NCBI GenBank assembly: GCA_029933125.1 | Contig: JAOZOU010000004.1 | Location: 7,240 to 71,239, forward strand | DNA from: a bacterium | GTDB taxonomy: Bacteria; Arandabacterota; Arandabacteria; Arandabacterales; Arandabacteraceae | Direction: 5' to 3' | DNA: 64,000 nt | In this document: positions 28,386-37,977 of the stretch, one piece after another | Numbering within the stretch: the first letter of the stretch is position 1 | How the letters are laid out: each line of letters begins with the position of its first letter | Program-made: the position numbers and the translations under genes | Notes under the pieces: model-generated | The model's database searches: none | Told to the model about the DNA's origin: nothing | Seen by the model: only the letters and a program-made list of their open reading frames with translations

Positions 28386-28724
28386 TCAGAGCAGCCTGGT
28401 CGATTCAGTTGGTCTCGGCACCTTAATGACGAGGAAGCGCAAAGCCTCCTGACCTCGATTCGACCAGCGATGGGGTATGCGGGCGGGGCTATCGATTAAG
28501 GTATCTGGTCCCACCTCTTGCTGTTCGTCACCGATTTCAATCACGCCATGTCCCTCGAGTACATAGAAGATGACGTCAACGGGGGTGATGTGTTTCTTGA
28601 GGCTCTCACCAGGCTTAAGTGTTATGTACACAACCTGGGCATGTTCACTGTCGTAAATTTTCCTTGCATCCACTCCATGCGGATTGGGTGCGACCTGAGA
28701 ATCCTGCCACTTGACTATCTTCAT
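28386..28724 (-). CDS. Cupin domain protein
   Basis: LKPGE..KKH..P.D..FYVLEG.G...PARIPH; start ATG 28724. Confidence 0.9.
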   Translation of the reverse strand: MKIVKWQDSQVAPNPHGVDARKIYDSEHAQVVYITLKPGESLKKHITPVDVIFYVLEGHGVIEIGDEQQEVGPDTLIDSPARIPHRWSNRGQEALRFLVIKVPRPTESTRLL

Positions 28725-28923
28725 ACCGCCTTCTCCCTTTGATCCAACAATGCGACCAGACTTCCACTTTCCCAGCAAAGCCACCCTCAGGGTGGATCCT
28801 TCGGTGTCTTTCGGGGATTGTGGCACACAATCCATTTTGTGTCAATTGGCGCACCTTGAATTTCTCAGCACATGAGCCTACAATGCTCGCTGAAAGCTCG
28901 GGAAGCGATTGACCGGAGGAGGA

Positions 28924-29460
28924 ATGGAAACGCTTGAAGAGCTAGCCAGGCTGCTTCGGGAGAGGAACCACATCGATATCGAAATCTCCAGGCTTATTGG
29001 ACATCCTGCCACCACCGGGAGCATCGGGGAGTACATTGCCTCGAGAATCTTCAGGATAAGACTTACCTCCTCAGCGGTCGAGAAGGCTCTTGATGGTTAC
29101 TTCACTGAAGGGATGCTTGAGGGTAAGACTGTCAACATCAAGTTCTACACCAGAAGAGTGAATTTACTGGACATCGGTGACGAGGTTTTGCCGGACTACT
29201 ACCTCGTGCTGACCGGACCGAAGTCGGCACCTGCGTCATCGCGCGGAACCACGCGGCCATTAGTGATTTCGAATGTCTATCTCTTTGACTCGAACAGGCT
29301 TGTCGAGCGGCTTAAGAGCCGAGGCGTGACTATCGGGATAGCGACGAGTGTTGCGGCAGCCTTTTGGGAGGAGGCGGAGATATATCGCGAGCAGCGCAAC
29401 ATGAGTCTCGTGCTTTCGGATGAACAGAGACGATTACTCAAGCTGTTTGATAAGCTCTGA
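28924..29460 (+). CDS. Hypothetical protein, possible PD-(D/E)XK-like nuclease fold (DUF6998-like)
   Basis: GSIGEYIA helix, DG, VNIK, PDYYLVL. Confidence 0.5.
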   Translation: METLEELARLLRERNHIDIEISRLIGHPATTGSIGEYIASRIFRIRLTSSAVEKALDGYFTEGMLEGKTVNIKFYTRRVNLLDIGDEVLPDYYLVLTGPKSAPASSRGTTRPLVISNVYLFDSNRLVERLKSRGVTIGIATSVAAAFWEEAEIYREQRNMSLVLSDEQRRLLKLFDKL

Positions 29461-29510
29461 AAGCGGAGAGGTCGCTTGCAGAAGCGTGGCTTAACAGGGG
29501 CAGGGAAACA

Positions 29511-30893
29511 TTGACGAAGGGTAGCTCCCAGAGATGTGGTAAAGGAGAAGCCCGGATTTCGGCCAGGTTGACCGAGGGGGCGATTGGCTCAACTCTCCTG
29601 AGACTCAGCCTGCCGATGATCGGCGGGCTCCTGGGTATCGTGGCTTTCAATCTTGTTGATACTTTCTTTGTGGGTCGGCTTGGTCCGTTGCGACTCGCGG
29701 CAATGGGTTTTACCTTCCCGGTTGTTCTCGTCGTCAACAGTGTAGCGCTCGGGCTGGGTACAGGAGCGGCAGCTGTTATCTCGAGGGCTATAGGTGAAGG
29801 GGATCAAGCCAGGGTCAAGAGGCTCACAACTGATAGCCTCACCCTTTCAGCAACAATCGTGGTCTCAATCGTTGCGATCGGTCTGCTCACCATCGAGCCG
29901 CTCTTCAGAGGTCTTGGTGCAACATCCGATACGCTCACTTTTGTCAGAAGCTACATGCGCATCTGGTATGTCGGCGCTGCCTTTGTAGTTATTCCCATGG
30001 TAGGTAACAATGCTATTCGGGCTACGGGTGACACCAAGACACCGAGCCTCATCATGCTGATGAGCATTGCGATAAACACTGCACTCGATCCGCTACTCAT
30101 CTTCGGTATTGGACCTTTTCCGCGACTCGAGATTGCAGGCGCTGCTCTTGCGACTGTGCTTGCGAGGGGGACATCTCTTGTGGTGGCTCTGTGGGTTCTG
30201 GCACGGCGCTATCGCATGCTGGCTCCGCTCAAGAGCTCAGTGCGTGCACTTCTCAGCGATTGGGGAGCAATCCTCCATGTCGGCATTCCAACCACAGCGT
30301 CAAGAGTCATAATTCCGTTGGCAATGGGAGCTGCGACGAGAATTGTATCAGCCTACGGTCCTACAGCGGTTGCGGCTTTTGGGGTCGGAACGAGAGTTGA
30401 GGCATTTGCTTTGATCGTCGTCATGGCACTTGCTGCAGTGCTCGCACCATTTGTTGGTCAGAATTGGGGAGCAGGCAAGGGAAGTCGCGTCTCAACCGGC
30501 ATAGGTTTTACCAAGCGCATCTCACTTGCCTGGGGTGCCATCGTATTTGTAATTCTGAGTCTCTTAGCACGCCCACTTGCTTCTGTTTTCAATGACAATG
30601 TTTCCGTAGTAGAGACTGCAACATCCTATTTGAGGATTGTTCCAATTGGTTATGGCTTCTATGGAATTGTTATACTTGTTGCTGCGGCCCTTAACATATT
30701 GAGAAAACCCATGCTTGCGGCTGGCCTATCAATAGGACACATGTTCCTGCTTTACGTTCCACTTGCACTGCTTGGATCTCACCTTTTCGGCATTCAAGGT
30801 CTTTTCGGGGGAATAGCTTTAGCCTCCATCATTGCTGGCATAGCGGCACATTTCATAAGCCAGCCCATCGTGGAATATGTCCTCGAACAATAG
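29511..30893 (+). CDS. MATE family efflux transporter
   Basis: LSLP, DTFFVGRLG, RATGDTKTP, LDPLLIFG; about 12 TM. Confidence 0.93.
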   Translation: MTKGSSQRCGKGEARISARLTEGAIGSTLLRLSLPMIGGLLGIVAFNLVDTFFVGRLGPLRLAAMGFTFPVVLVVNSVALGLGTGAAAVISRAIGEGDQARVKRLTTDSLTLSATIVVSIVAIGLLTIEPLFRGLGATSDTLTFVRSYMRIWYVGAAFVVIPMVGNNAIRATGDTKTPSLIMLMSIAINTALDPLLIFGIGPFPRLEIAGAALATVLARGTSLVVALWVLARRYRMLAPLKSSVRALLSDWGAILHVGIPTTASRVIIPLAMGAATRIVSAYGPTAVAAFGVGTRVEAFALIVVMALAAVLAPFVGQNWGAGKGSRVSTGIGFTKRISLAWGAIVFVILSLLARPLASVFNDNVSVVETATSYLRIVPIGYGFYGIVILVAAALNILRKPMLAAGLSIGHMFLLYVPLALLGSHLFGIQGLFGGIALASIIAGIAAHFISQPIVEYVLEQ

Positions 30894-30973
30894 GTCATCG
30901 AGGATTCCAGCTTAAGCTTTCATCAAGCCTCAGCCGATAGATATCTCTGGCTAGTATCTGTGAGGAGGTATCG

Positions 30974-31459
30974 ATGAGACGCACAAGGTCATCAAGCCAG
31001 GTATTTTACCCACTTTCAGCTACCATCAAGGGCTACGAAGGTTATTCCAATCGAGTACGAGCATCGCGAACGAATAGCGCCTTCATTGATGAAGTGAGTG
31101 AGAAGATTGAAGAAATTCATGCTCTCGAGCAGCGTCTCCAGAGACTCTGCCAGGAGACAGGGAATCATGATGCCTGGTCACTGCTTAAGCGAATTGACGA
31201 TAAGATCGAGAAGCTCGGTGAGGAAGTGCACAGCAGCCGAAGCCTCGGTGCAACCAGTGAAAAGTTAAGTGCTTCCGAGGACATCCTCGCAATTGATGAA
31301 GCAATAGTTGAAAAGATAGGAAGCATAGGTCAAGCCCTCGCCCTTATAGATCTGGAAAGTGGAATGGGACTTGAGCAAGATGACCTCGAAGGTGTTCTCG
31401 AATTGCTTGATGATGTGAGTGACCTTATCAAGCGTCGTAAGATGCTCATTTCAACTTAA
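30974..31459 (+). CDS. Hypothetical helical protein
   Basis: Strong RBS GAGGAGG; IKGYEGY motif and amphipathic helices. Confidence 0.65.
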   Translation: MRRTRSSSQVFYPLSATIKGYEGYSNRVRASRTNSAFIDEVSEKIEEIHALEQRLQRLCQETGNHDAWSLLKRIDDKIEKLGEEVHSSRSLGATSEKLSASEDILAIDEAIVEKIGSIGQALALIDLESGMGLEQDDLEGVLELLDDVSDLIKRRKMLIST

Positions 31460-31474
31460 ACGCAGTCAGGCATC

Positions 31475-32629
31475 TTACTTACTCGCAGCTTCTTTTATGA
31501 GTGCAAGAGCAATCTCGTTGCGCTGAATCTGATTCGTTCCCTCATATATCTGAGTAATCTTGGCATCGCGCATCATCTTCTCAACGGGATAGTCGCTCAG
31601 ACATCCTCGGGGACCAAAAAGCCGAACAACAGTTGATGTGACCTTCATTGCAACATCAGATGCATAAAGTTTTGTCATTGCCGATTCCTTCGTTGTGCGT
31701 GAACCTGTTGCATCAATCATGCGGGAGGTCGCATAGAGCAAGGCTCTGGCTGCTTCAACTTCAGTAGCAAGGTCTGCCAGGATGTGCTGAACTAATTGGC
31801 TTGATGCAAGTGTTTCACCATTGGCTGATGTTGTTGTGAGATATGCAAGCGCCTCATCAAGGGCACCTGCTGCTATTCCGAGAGCCTGAGCAGCAACGCC
31901 GGGACGAGTTGCATCAAATGTCTTGAGGGCAAGAATAAGCCCCATACCTTCACGGCTCAAAAGATTTGTCTTAGGGATGCGGCAGTCGTTGAATATGAGC
32001 TCACGAGTTGATGATGCCCTGATACCCATTTTGTTTTCCTTCTTACCAAATTCAAATCCAGGTGTACCTTTCTCAACAACAAAAGCTGAAATCCCTCTTG
32101 CACCTTTACGTTTATCAGTGACTGCCATCACTGAGTAGATATCTGCCTCGCCACCATTTGTAATGAAGCACTTTGTCCCGTTGAGAACGTAAGAATCTCC
32201 ATCCTCGTCTGCACTTGTCTGGATTGCTGTCGCATCGCTTCCAGCCTCAGCCTCCGTGAGGGCGAAGGCCGCAAGCTTCTCACCTCTTGCAAGTGGCGGT
32301 AGCCACCTGGCTTTCTGCTCATCATTCCCACCAAGAAGTATGGGATAGGCACCGAGAGCGGTTCCTGCAAGGCAGAGTGCAATGCCCGCATCAACCTTTG
32401 AAAGTTCCTCAACTACGAGCACAAGCTCAAAAACACCCATGCCTCTGCCACCATACTCTTTGGGGATGTAAACACCAAAGAGGCCAGCGTCGCCAAGTAT
32501 CTTGACAATATCCCATGGGAATATCTCTTCCGCATCGTAGCGTTGTCTTACTGGTTTTATGTGCTCGTGAGCAATTGAACGCGATGTTTCAACAATTTGC
32601 TTCTGCTCCTGGGTTAATCCGTAGTCCAA
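31475..32629 (-). CDS. Acyl-CoA dehydrogenase
   Basis: FALTEAEAGSDA, NGTKCFITNG, KMGIRAS, RDAKITQIYEGTNQIQR. Confidence 0.96.
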   Translation of the reverse strand: MDYGLTQEQKQIVETSRSIAHEHIKPVRQRYDAEEIFPWDIVKILGDAGLFGVYIPKEYGGRGMGVFELVLVVEELSKVDAGIALCLAGTALGAYPILLGGNDEQKARWLPPLARGEKLAAFALTEAEAGSDATAIQTSADEDGDSYVLNGTKCFITNGGEADIYSVMAVTDKRKGARGISAFVVEKGTPGFEFGKKENKMGIRASSTRELIFNDCRIPKTNLLSREGMGLILALKTFDATRPGVAAQALGIAAGALDEALAYLTTTSANGETLASSQLVQHILADLATEVEAARALLYATSRMIDATGSRTTKESAMTKLYASDVAMKVTSTVVRLFGPRGCLSDYPVEKMMRDAKITQIYEGTNQIQRNEIALALIKEAASK

Positions 32630-32808
32630 AGAAGCACCTCCTTATCTTCACAGAGCGGATAGAATAGTATCGGAGTGACCATTGCGAGTCAAGTATGAGC
32701 CTTTGGTCTTAAGGCTGGCTTGATATCGAAGTGACGAAATGACGCGGCTCGTGGGCTCGGTGTTGACGCACAGGTTGGGCAATTGCTACAGTGGGTGGGG
32801 TGAGGGCT

Positions 32809-33717
32809 ATGGAACTGCCAGGTGACATCGGCTTGGGACTGGTGAATGTTGCCAAGCAGGTGCTTGAGGTAAGGTATGAGCGCAAAGCCTTTTCGCTCAT
32901 CCTGAGATGGCTCACTCAAACCTTCAAGTGCCATGCTTCAGCTGCTTTCATCTACAAGCGGTCTGAGGGTCGTCTTTACAAAGCATGTGGTGTGGGTGAA
33001 TACGATTGGGGTGGGGGAGCTCTCCTTGAGTTCTTCTACAATCGTAGGCCTCAGCTTCCAAGTGAAGTTGTCATGGCTCCTTTGCGCAGAGGAAGGCAGG
33101 TTATTGGAGTCACAGCACTTGCTGGATATGATGGCTTCCCCCGGGGTGTTGGCAAGGCTGCTACGGAGGCACTGAGTTTCCTTGGCAGAATGCTTGGTCT
33201 CAAGTGGGAGGAGCGAGTTGCTTTGGCCTTCTTCCGCAGTGTCGAGGCAATGATGAGAGGGCGGAGTGCAAAGGACATTTGTTATCTTGTGATGCACGAG
33301 CTTCGGCGTTTCATTGATTATGATCATGGTTCAAGTCTCATAGTGAGAGAAAATTCTCATACAGGCAGGATAGTTACCCGTCAGGTTGCCTGGCAAAGTG
33401 GTAAGAGCGATATCGTAGGTAAGGCTATAGAAATTGACTGGGAAGATCTTGGAACTGGAAGGATCGCCTGCTTTGAGGATTGCCGTGGGCAACTCTTTGA
33501 GGATGCACGTGAGAAGAGCTCACCACCGGTAAGATCATGCCTTTTGGCGCCCCTTTTGCGATGGATTCACGGTAAACCTCATGCGATTGGCTTGTTCAGC
33601 ATTGCAAGCAAGCAGGCAAACTTTTTTCTGGACAACGATCGTAAGGTTCTTGAAAAATTCATACCAGTCCTAACTCTGTGTGCTCTGAAGCTCAAGGGGG
33701 AAGAAACCCATGAATAG
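32809..33717 (+). CDS. Tandem GAF-like domain protein with no visible output domain
   Basis: VMAPL...IGV and SCLLAPL...IGLFSI..F..D..VL GAF-type patterns. Confidence 0.55.
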   Translation: MELPGDIGLGLVNVAKQVLEVRYERKAFSLILRWLTQTFKCHASAAFIYKRSEGRLYKACGVGEYDWGGGALLEFFYNRRPQLPSEVVMAPLRRGRQVIGVTALAGYDGFPRGVGKAATEALSFLGRMLGLKWEERVALAFFRSVEAMMRGRSAKDICYLVMHELRRFIDYDHGSSLIVRENSHTGRIVTRQVAWQSGKSDIVGKAIEIDWEDLGTGRIACFEDCRGQLFEDAREKSSPPVRSCLLAPLLRWIHGKPHAIGLFSIASKQANFFLDNDRKVLEKFIPVLTLCALKLKGEETHE

Positions 33718-33817
33718 TGTCGTTCCGCTTCCAACTTTGCTTGCCTTTGGTCTTCCACCAATAGGTTTCATAGTTGCAATTATTGTCATCTACCTGCGGA
33801 CATCTGAGGAGGAGTAG
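33710..33817 (+). CDS. Small membrane protein (35 aa), candidate symporter accessory subunit (not in ORF track)
   Basis: MNSVVPLPTLLAFGLPPIGFIVAIIVIYLRTSEEE; overlaps upstream stop; ends 1 nt before putP ATG. Confidence 0.55.
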   Translation: MNSVVPLPTLLAFGLPPIGFIVAIIVIYLRTSEEE

Positions 33818-33818
33818 T

Positions 33819-35291
33819 ATGAATCTTACGCTATCAGTTGCTTTCATCGCCTATCTTGTAGCTCTCGTTGTTGTTGGTCTAATTGCCTACAGGCGCACAA
33901 GAACCTTCGATGATTTCTATCTCGCAGGCAGGAAGCTTAATCCCTGGGTGACCGCACTCAGTGCTGAGGCTAGCAGTGAAAGCGGATGGCTCCTTCTGGG
34001 GTTGCCTGGACAGGCATTTGCTCAAGGCATCGGAGCCTTCTGGGTTGCTCTTGGTTGCATTTGTGGGACTTTCTTTAACTGGACTGCGCTCGCTAAGAGA
34101 CTGCGTAAGATAACTGGATTCTTTAAAGCGATTACAATTCCTGACTATCTTGAAAGCCGTTTCTCAGATTCAACTCATGCGCTTCGCATTATTTCGGCTC
34201 TCTTGATTGCAGTTTTTATGACTGCCTATGTTGCTGCTCAATTCGTAGCATCAGGAAAAGCCCTAAGCGTCACATTCGGCATTGACTACCATCTTGCTGT
34301 TGTCATTGGAAGTGCTGTCATCCTTTTCTATACCATGATGGGTGGCTTTTTTGCGGTTGCCTGGACTGACGCCCTTCAGGCAATGATGATGATCTTCGGG
34401 CTTGTTGTTATCCCGAGCGTTGGGTTTGCAAAACTGGGTGGGCTTGGGGGCTTATGGAAAAGCCTTGCTTCCATTACTGATCCTGGGAAAGGTTTCTTGA
34501 GTCTGCGTGTTGGCAAGGAAGGGATTGCACTTGCCACTTTCCTAATTGGTATGATTGGAATTGGACTTGGCTATCCAGGTCAACCCCATGTGCTTGTAAG
34601 ATTCATGGCAATAAAGAAGCCGGGCCTGATGAGGAAAGGTGCCTTGATTGGTGTTATCTGGGCTGTCATTGCTCTCTATGGTGCTGTCTTCATTGGTCTT
34701 GTCGCCAGAGCGGTGCTCACCACAGATCCTGGTGATCCTGAGCGCGTTATGCCTCTTCTTGCCATCCAGCTCCTACCAGCATGGCTTGCGGGGATTATGA
34801 TAGCAGCTGCAATGGCAGCTATGATGTCAACTGCAGACAGCCAGCTCCTTGTAGCATCTTCAACGTTTGTTCAGGATTTCTTTCACAAGGCTTTTGGGCG
34901 TGAGCCAAATCCTAGAACTCTTGTTCTCTTGAGTCGCATAGTTACTCTCATTGTAGGGGCAACTGCACTTGTGGTTGCGCTAAGACAGGATCCCGAGAAT
35001 CCAGTTGGAGTTGTCTTCTGGCTTGTACTCTATGCCTGGGGAGGGCTGGCATCGAGCTTTGGTCCGCTGCTTGTGCTTTCACTTTACTGGAAGCGGGTGA
35101 CACGTGCAGGTGCAATCGCAGGCATGATAGCTGGTTCAGCAACTGTGGTCGTCTGGAAGAATATTTCGGTTCTTTCCAACTTCCTCTATGAGCTAGTTCC
35201 AGGCTTTGTTGTGAGCCTCCTTGTTGTGGTTCTGGTAAGTCTTTTCACTAAGCCGCCTGCTGAGGCAGAGCTTGTCGAAGCGATGGACTGA
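33819..35291 (+). CDS. putP: Sodium/proline (SSS family) symporter
   Basis: ALSAEAS.SGWLLLGLPG, GYPGQPH..RFMA, AAMMSTADSQLL, LYELVPGF; start ATG 33819. Confidence 0.9.
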   Translation: MNLTLSVAFIAYLVALVVVGLIAYRRTRTFDDFYLAGRKLNPWVTALSAEASSESGWLLLGLPGQAFAQGIGAFWVALGCICGTFFNWTALAKRLRKITGFFKAITIPDYLESRFSDSTHALRIISALLIAVFMTAYVAAQFVASGKALSVTFGIDYHLAVVIGSAVILFYTMMGGFFAVAWTDALQAMMMIFGLVVIPSVGFAKLGGLGGLWKSLASITDPGKGFLSLRVGKEGIALATFLIGMIGIGLGYPGQPHVLVRFMAIKKPGLMRKGALIGVIWAVIALYGAVFIGLVARAVLTTDPGDPERVMPLLAIQLLPAWLAGIMIAAAMAAMMSTADSQLLVASSTFVQDFFHKAFGREPNPRTLVLLSRIVTLIVGATALVVALRQDPENPVGVVFWLVLYAWGGLASSFGPLLVLSLYWKRVTRAGAIAGMIAGSATVVVWKNISVLSNFLYELVPGFVVSLLVVVLVSLFTKPPAEAELVEAMD

Positions 35292-35454
35292 GAGGTAGCT
35301 TGCATGGGTATGATCGTTTGCATTTTTCACTTCCTTCTATCCACGGTTCTGTTGCGAGTGGCTAAGAGCAATTGTTAGGGAAGCCAAGAAGGAGAGCGAG
35401 GCCCCACGGCATAGACTGCTTGAAGCCTATAAAGAATTTGGTGAACCCTAGGGC

Positions 35455-35613
35455 ATGAAAATGGAAGACGTCCTCGGAGCCTATGGTGAGCCTGATGAGA
35501 TTGTTCACTTGGAGAGACAGGTCAAGGCGATCTGGTACACTAAAATAGATACGTGGATCATCAATTTTAGAGATGGGCATTGCGTGAATTTTTGGGTAAT
35601 CCCATCATGTTGA
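35455..35613 (+). pseudogene. Short ORF/gene fragment (52 aa) with SmpA/BamE-like G-M-x-x-E-D-V...YGEPD pattern
   Basis: Reading frame continues upstream past an in-frame TAG at 35449-35451 without a clear start. Confidence 0.35.
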
Positions 35614-35676
35614 AAAGCCTGTGAGTGGCTTGATTAGTGCAGTTGTCTGGCTATCGGTTGACGCTATGGGATAGTT

Positions 35677-36099
35677 ATGATAGAATCCGCTCGTGATTTA
35701 GCCAGGAGGGGCCGTGTGAAGATTGGAAAGGAAGAGTCAAGGTGCACAGGCTGCCGAACATGCCAGCTTGTCTGTGCACTTCATCATTTTGGTGAGAACA
35801 ATCCCAAGAAAGCTGCTATCGGGATAAAGGGGGAATTCCCTTCACCTGGCAGATACAGGATAAGTCTCTGCACTCAGTGTGAGAAATGTATTGATGCTTG
35901 CCCCGAGGGTGCCATAGCTAAGGCCGACGGGATTATAAGAATCGATCCTGAGAAGTGTACTTATTGTCTCGTTTGTGTTGATTCATGTCCATTCGGGGCG
36001 ATTTTCACTCATCGCGACTTCAAGGTACCCTTCATCTGCGATGTCTGTGGCGAATGTGTTGAAATCTGTCCAACTAAGGCACTCTTTTGGAAGACATGA
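35677..36099 (+). CDS. 4Fe-4S polyferredoxin, AOR electron-transfer subunit
   Basis: CTGCRTC, CTQCEKCIDACP, CTYCLVCVDSCP, CDVCGECVEICP. Confidence 0.9.
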   Translation: MIESARDLARRGRVKIGKEESRCTGCRTCQLVCALHHFGENNPKKAAIGIKGEFPSPGRYRISLCTQCEKCIDACPEGAIAKADGIIRIDPEKCTYCLVCVDSCPFGAIFTHRDFKVPFICDVCGECVEICPTKALFWKT

Positions 36100-36113
36100 T
36101 GGAGGCGTGAAAA

Positions 36114-37946
36114 GTGATACCAGGCTATGGAAGCAAGGTCTTAAGGATCAATCTGAGCGAGAACAAGGTTACAACTGAACATACTCCTGAAGATCTCATC
36201 AAGAATTACCTTGGGGCACGAGGTTTCATTATTCATACACTTTACAAAGAACTTAAGCAGGGGATTGATCCCCTCGGTCCAGATGCAAAATTCATAATGG
36301 CTACAGGCCCTCTTAGCGGGATGTTTTTGCCATCTTCAGGCAAGTTTCAATCGGGTGGTAAGTCTCCGCTTACAGGTGGGTATGGTGAAGCCAACTGTGG
36401 TGGACACATGCCAGCTGAGCTCAAGATGGCAGGCTATGACATGATCATTATCGAGGGGCAAAGCTCCAAGCCATGCTATATCGTTGTTGACGACGATGAT
36501 GTTAGGCTTGAGGATGCAGGTGCCCTGTGGACAAAGGGCTCGCTTACAACTGAGAAGCTTCTCAAGGAGCAACTTGGTGAGGATTTCCAGATTGCAACAA
36601 TTGGGCCGGCAGGCGAAAAGCTTGTCAAGATAGCATGCATCAGCCATGACTTTGGGAGGCAGGCAGGCAGAACTGGGCTTGGAGCAATTCTTGGTTCAAA
36701 AAAGGTCAAGGCGATTTGTGTGCGAGGCTCAAAGTCTATACCTGTTCACGATGTCAATGGCCTCATTAAGGTTGCTCGAAGAATGTATGAAAAGTGCTTC
36801 ACCAATCCTGCCTTTGAGCTCTGGCAGAACTATGGTACAGGATCGGTCACTGTTTGGGCAAACCGCATCGGAGCTTTTCCCACCCGTAACTTTCGGTCTG
36901 GCTACTTTGAGCTTTTTACAAATCTAAGCGGTGTGAATATGCGCAAGCAGGTTGTCGTCATCAACAAGGCTTGCTTTGCATGTGCCATGTGCTGTGGCAA
37001 GTATTCGCATACCCAAAAGGGCGATTATGATGCCTATGTTGAAGGACCTGAATATGAGACAACTGCAATGATTGGTGGCAATTGCGCTCTTGGTGATATC
37101 AGAGATGTTGCGTATGCCAACTACCTTTGTGATGAATACGGCATAGATACCATATCCGGCGGCAGTATCATCGCCTTTGCAATTGAGTGCTTCGAACGTG
37201 GCATCATCACCGAGAAGGATACCGGTGGCATTAAACTCAAATTTGGTGATCCCCAAAGTGTCTTTGCCTTGATAAGAAAGATTGCACTCAAAGAGGATAT
37301 TGGCAATCTCCTTGCAGAGGGTAGCAAGAAGGCTGCTCAGGAGCTCAACAGGGGTGCCATGAAATTTGCAATGCAGGTGAAGGGACTTGAGCAAAGCGGC
37401 TATGAATCGCGCAGAGCACCTGCAATGCTACTTTCATACATGACATCGGATATCGGTGCCCACCATCGTCCATCATGGGCTGTGACACATGATCTTGCTA
37501 CGGGGCGTGATACACCTGTGGGTAAGGCTGCCAAGGTGATCGAGCTTCAGCACACCCGCCCGCTTTTTGATACGCTTGGTGTCTGCAGGCTTCCCTGGAT
37601 TGAGATGGGAGTGCCTGTAAGCGACTATGCAGAAGCCTTCAGGATGATCACGGGAATTGACTACACTGAGGATGACCTCTATCACATCTCAGAGCGCATC
37701 TGGAATCTCACACGAATGTTCTGGGTAAGGGAAGTGCCAGGCTTCGGAAGAGAATATGATTTGCCTCCGGCAAGGGTCTGGGAGGATAGGATTCCCGATG
37801 GTCCAACCAAAGGGGGCATCTTTGAGCGAGAAAAGGTGGAAGCCATGCTTGACGAATACTATGAATTGCGTGGCTGGACAAAGGATGGCATACCAACCGA
37901 GGAGAAGCTCAGGGAACTTGGACTTGGCTGGGTGCTCGAGGGTTAG
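36114..37946 (+). CDS. Aldehyde:ferredoxin oxidoreductase (tungsten AOR family)
   Basis: KSPLTGG, IGPAGE, GRTGLGA..GSK, CFAC..CC, EYET, GIDTIS, YYELRGW..GIPT. Confidence 0.95.
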   Translation: MIPGYGSKVLRINLSENKVTTEHTPEDLIKNYLGARGFIIHTLYKELKQGIDPLGPDAKFIMATGPLSGMFLPSSGKFQSGGKSPLTGGYGEANCGGHMPAELKMAGYDMIIIEGQSSKPCYIVVDDDDVRLEDAGALWTKGSLTTEKLLKEQLGEDFQIATIGPAGEKLVKIACISHDFGRQAGRTGLGAILGSKKVKAICVRGSKSIPVHDVNGLIKVARRMYEKCFTNPAFELWQNYGTGSVTVWANRIGAFPTRNFRSGYFELFTNLSGVNMRKQVVVINKACFACAMCCGKYSHTQKGDYDAYVEGPEYETTAMIGGNCALGDIRDVAYANYLCDEYGIDTISGGSIIAFAIECFERGIITEKDTGGIKLKFGDPQSVFALIRKIALKEDIGNLLAEGSKKAAQELNRGAMKFAMQVKGLEQSGYESRRAPAMLLSYMTSDIGAHHRPSWAVTHDLATGRDTPVGKAAKVIELQHTRPLFDTLGVCRLPWIEMGVPVSDYAEAFRMITGIDYTEDDLYHISERIWNLTRMFWVREVPGFGREYDLPPARVWEDRIPDGPTKGGIFEREKVEAMLDEYYELRGWTKDGIPTEEKLRELGLGWVLEG

Positions 37947-37977
37947 GTCCAGGCGCTCCTGTTAGCTCCCGCCTTCG

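Noticed and set aside
35360-35613. Pyrrolysine/readthrough at the in-frame TAG 35449
   Set aside because: The upstream frame has no clear start and meets another stop; no pyl genes in the window; a pseudogene fragment is simpler.
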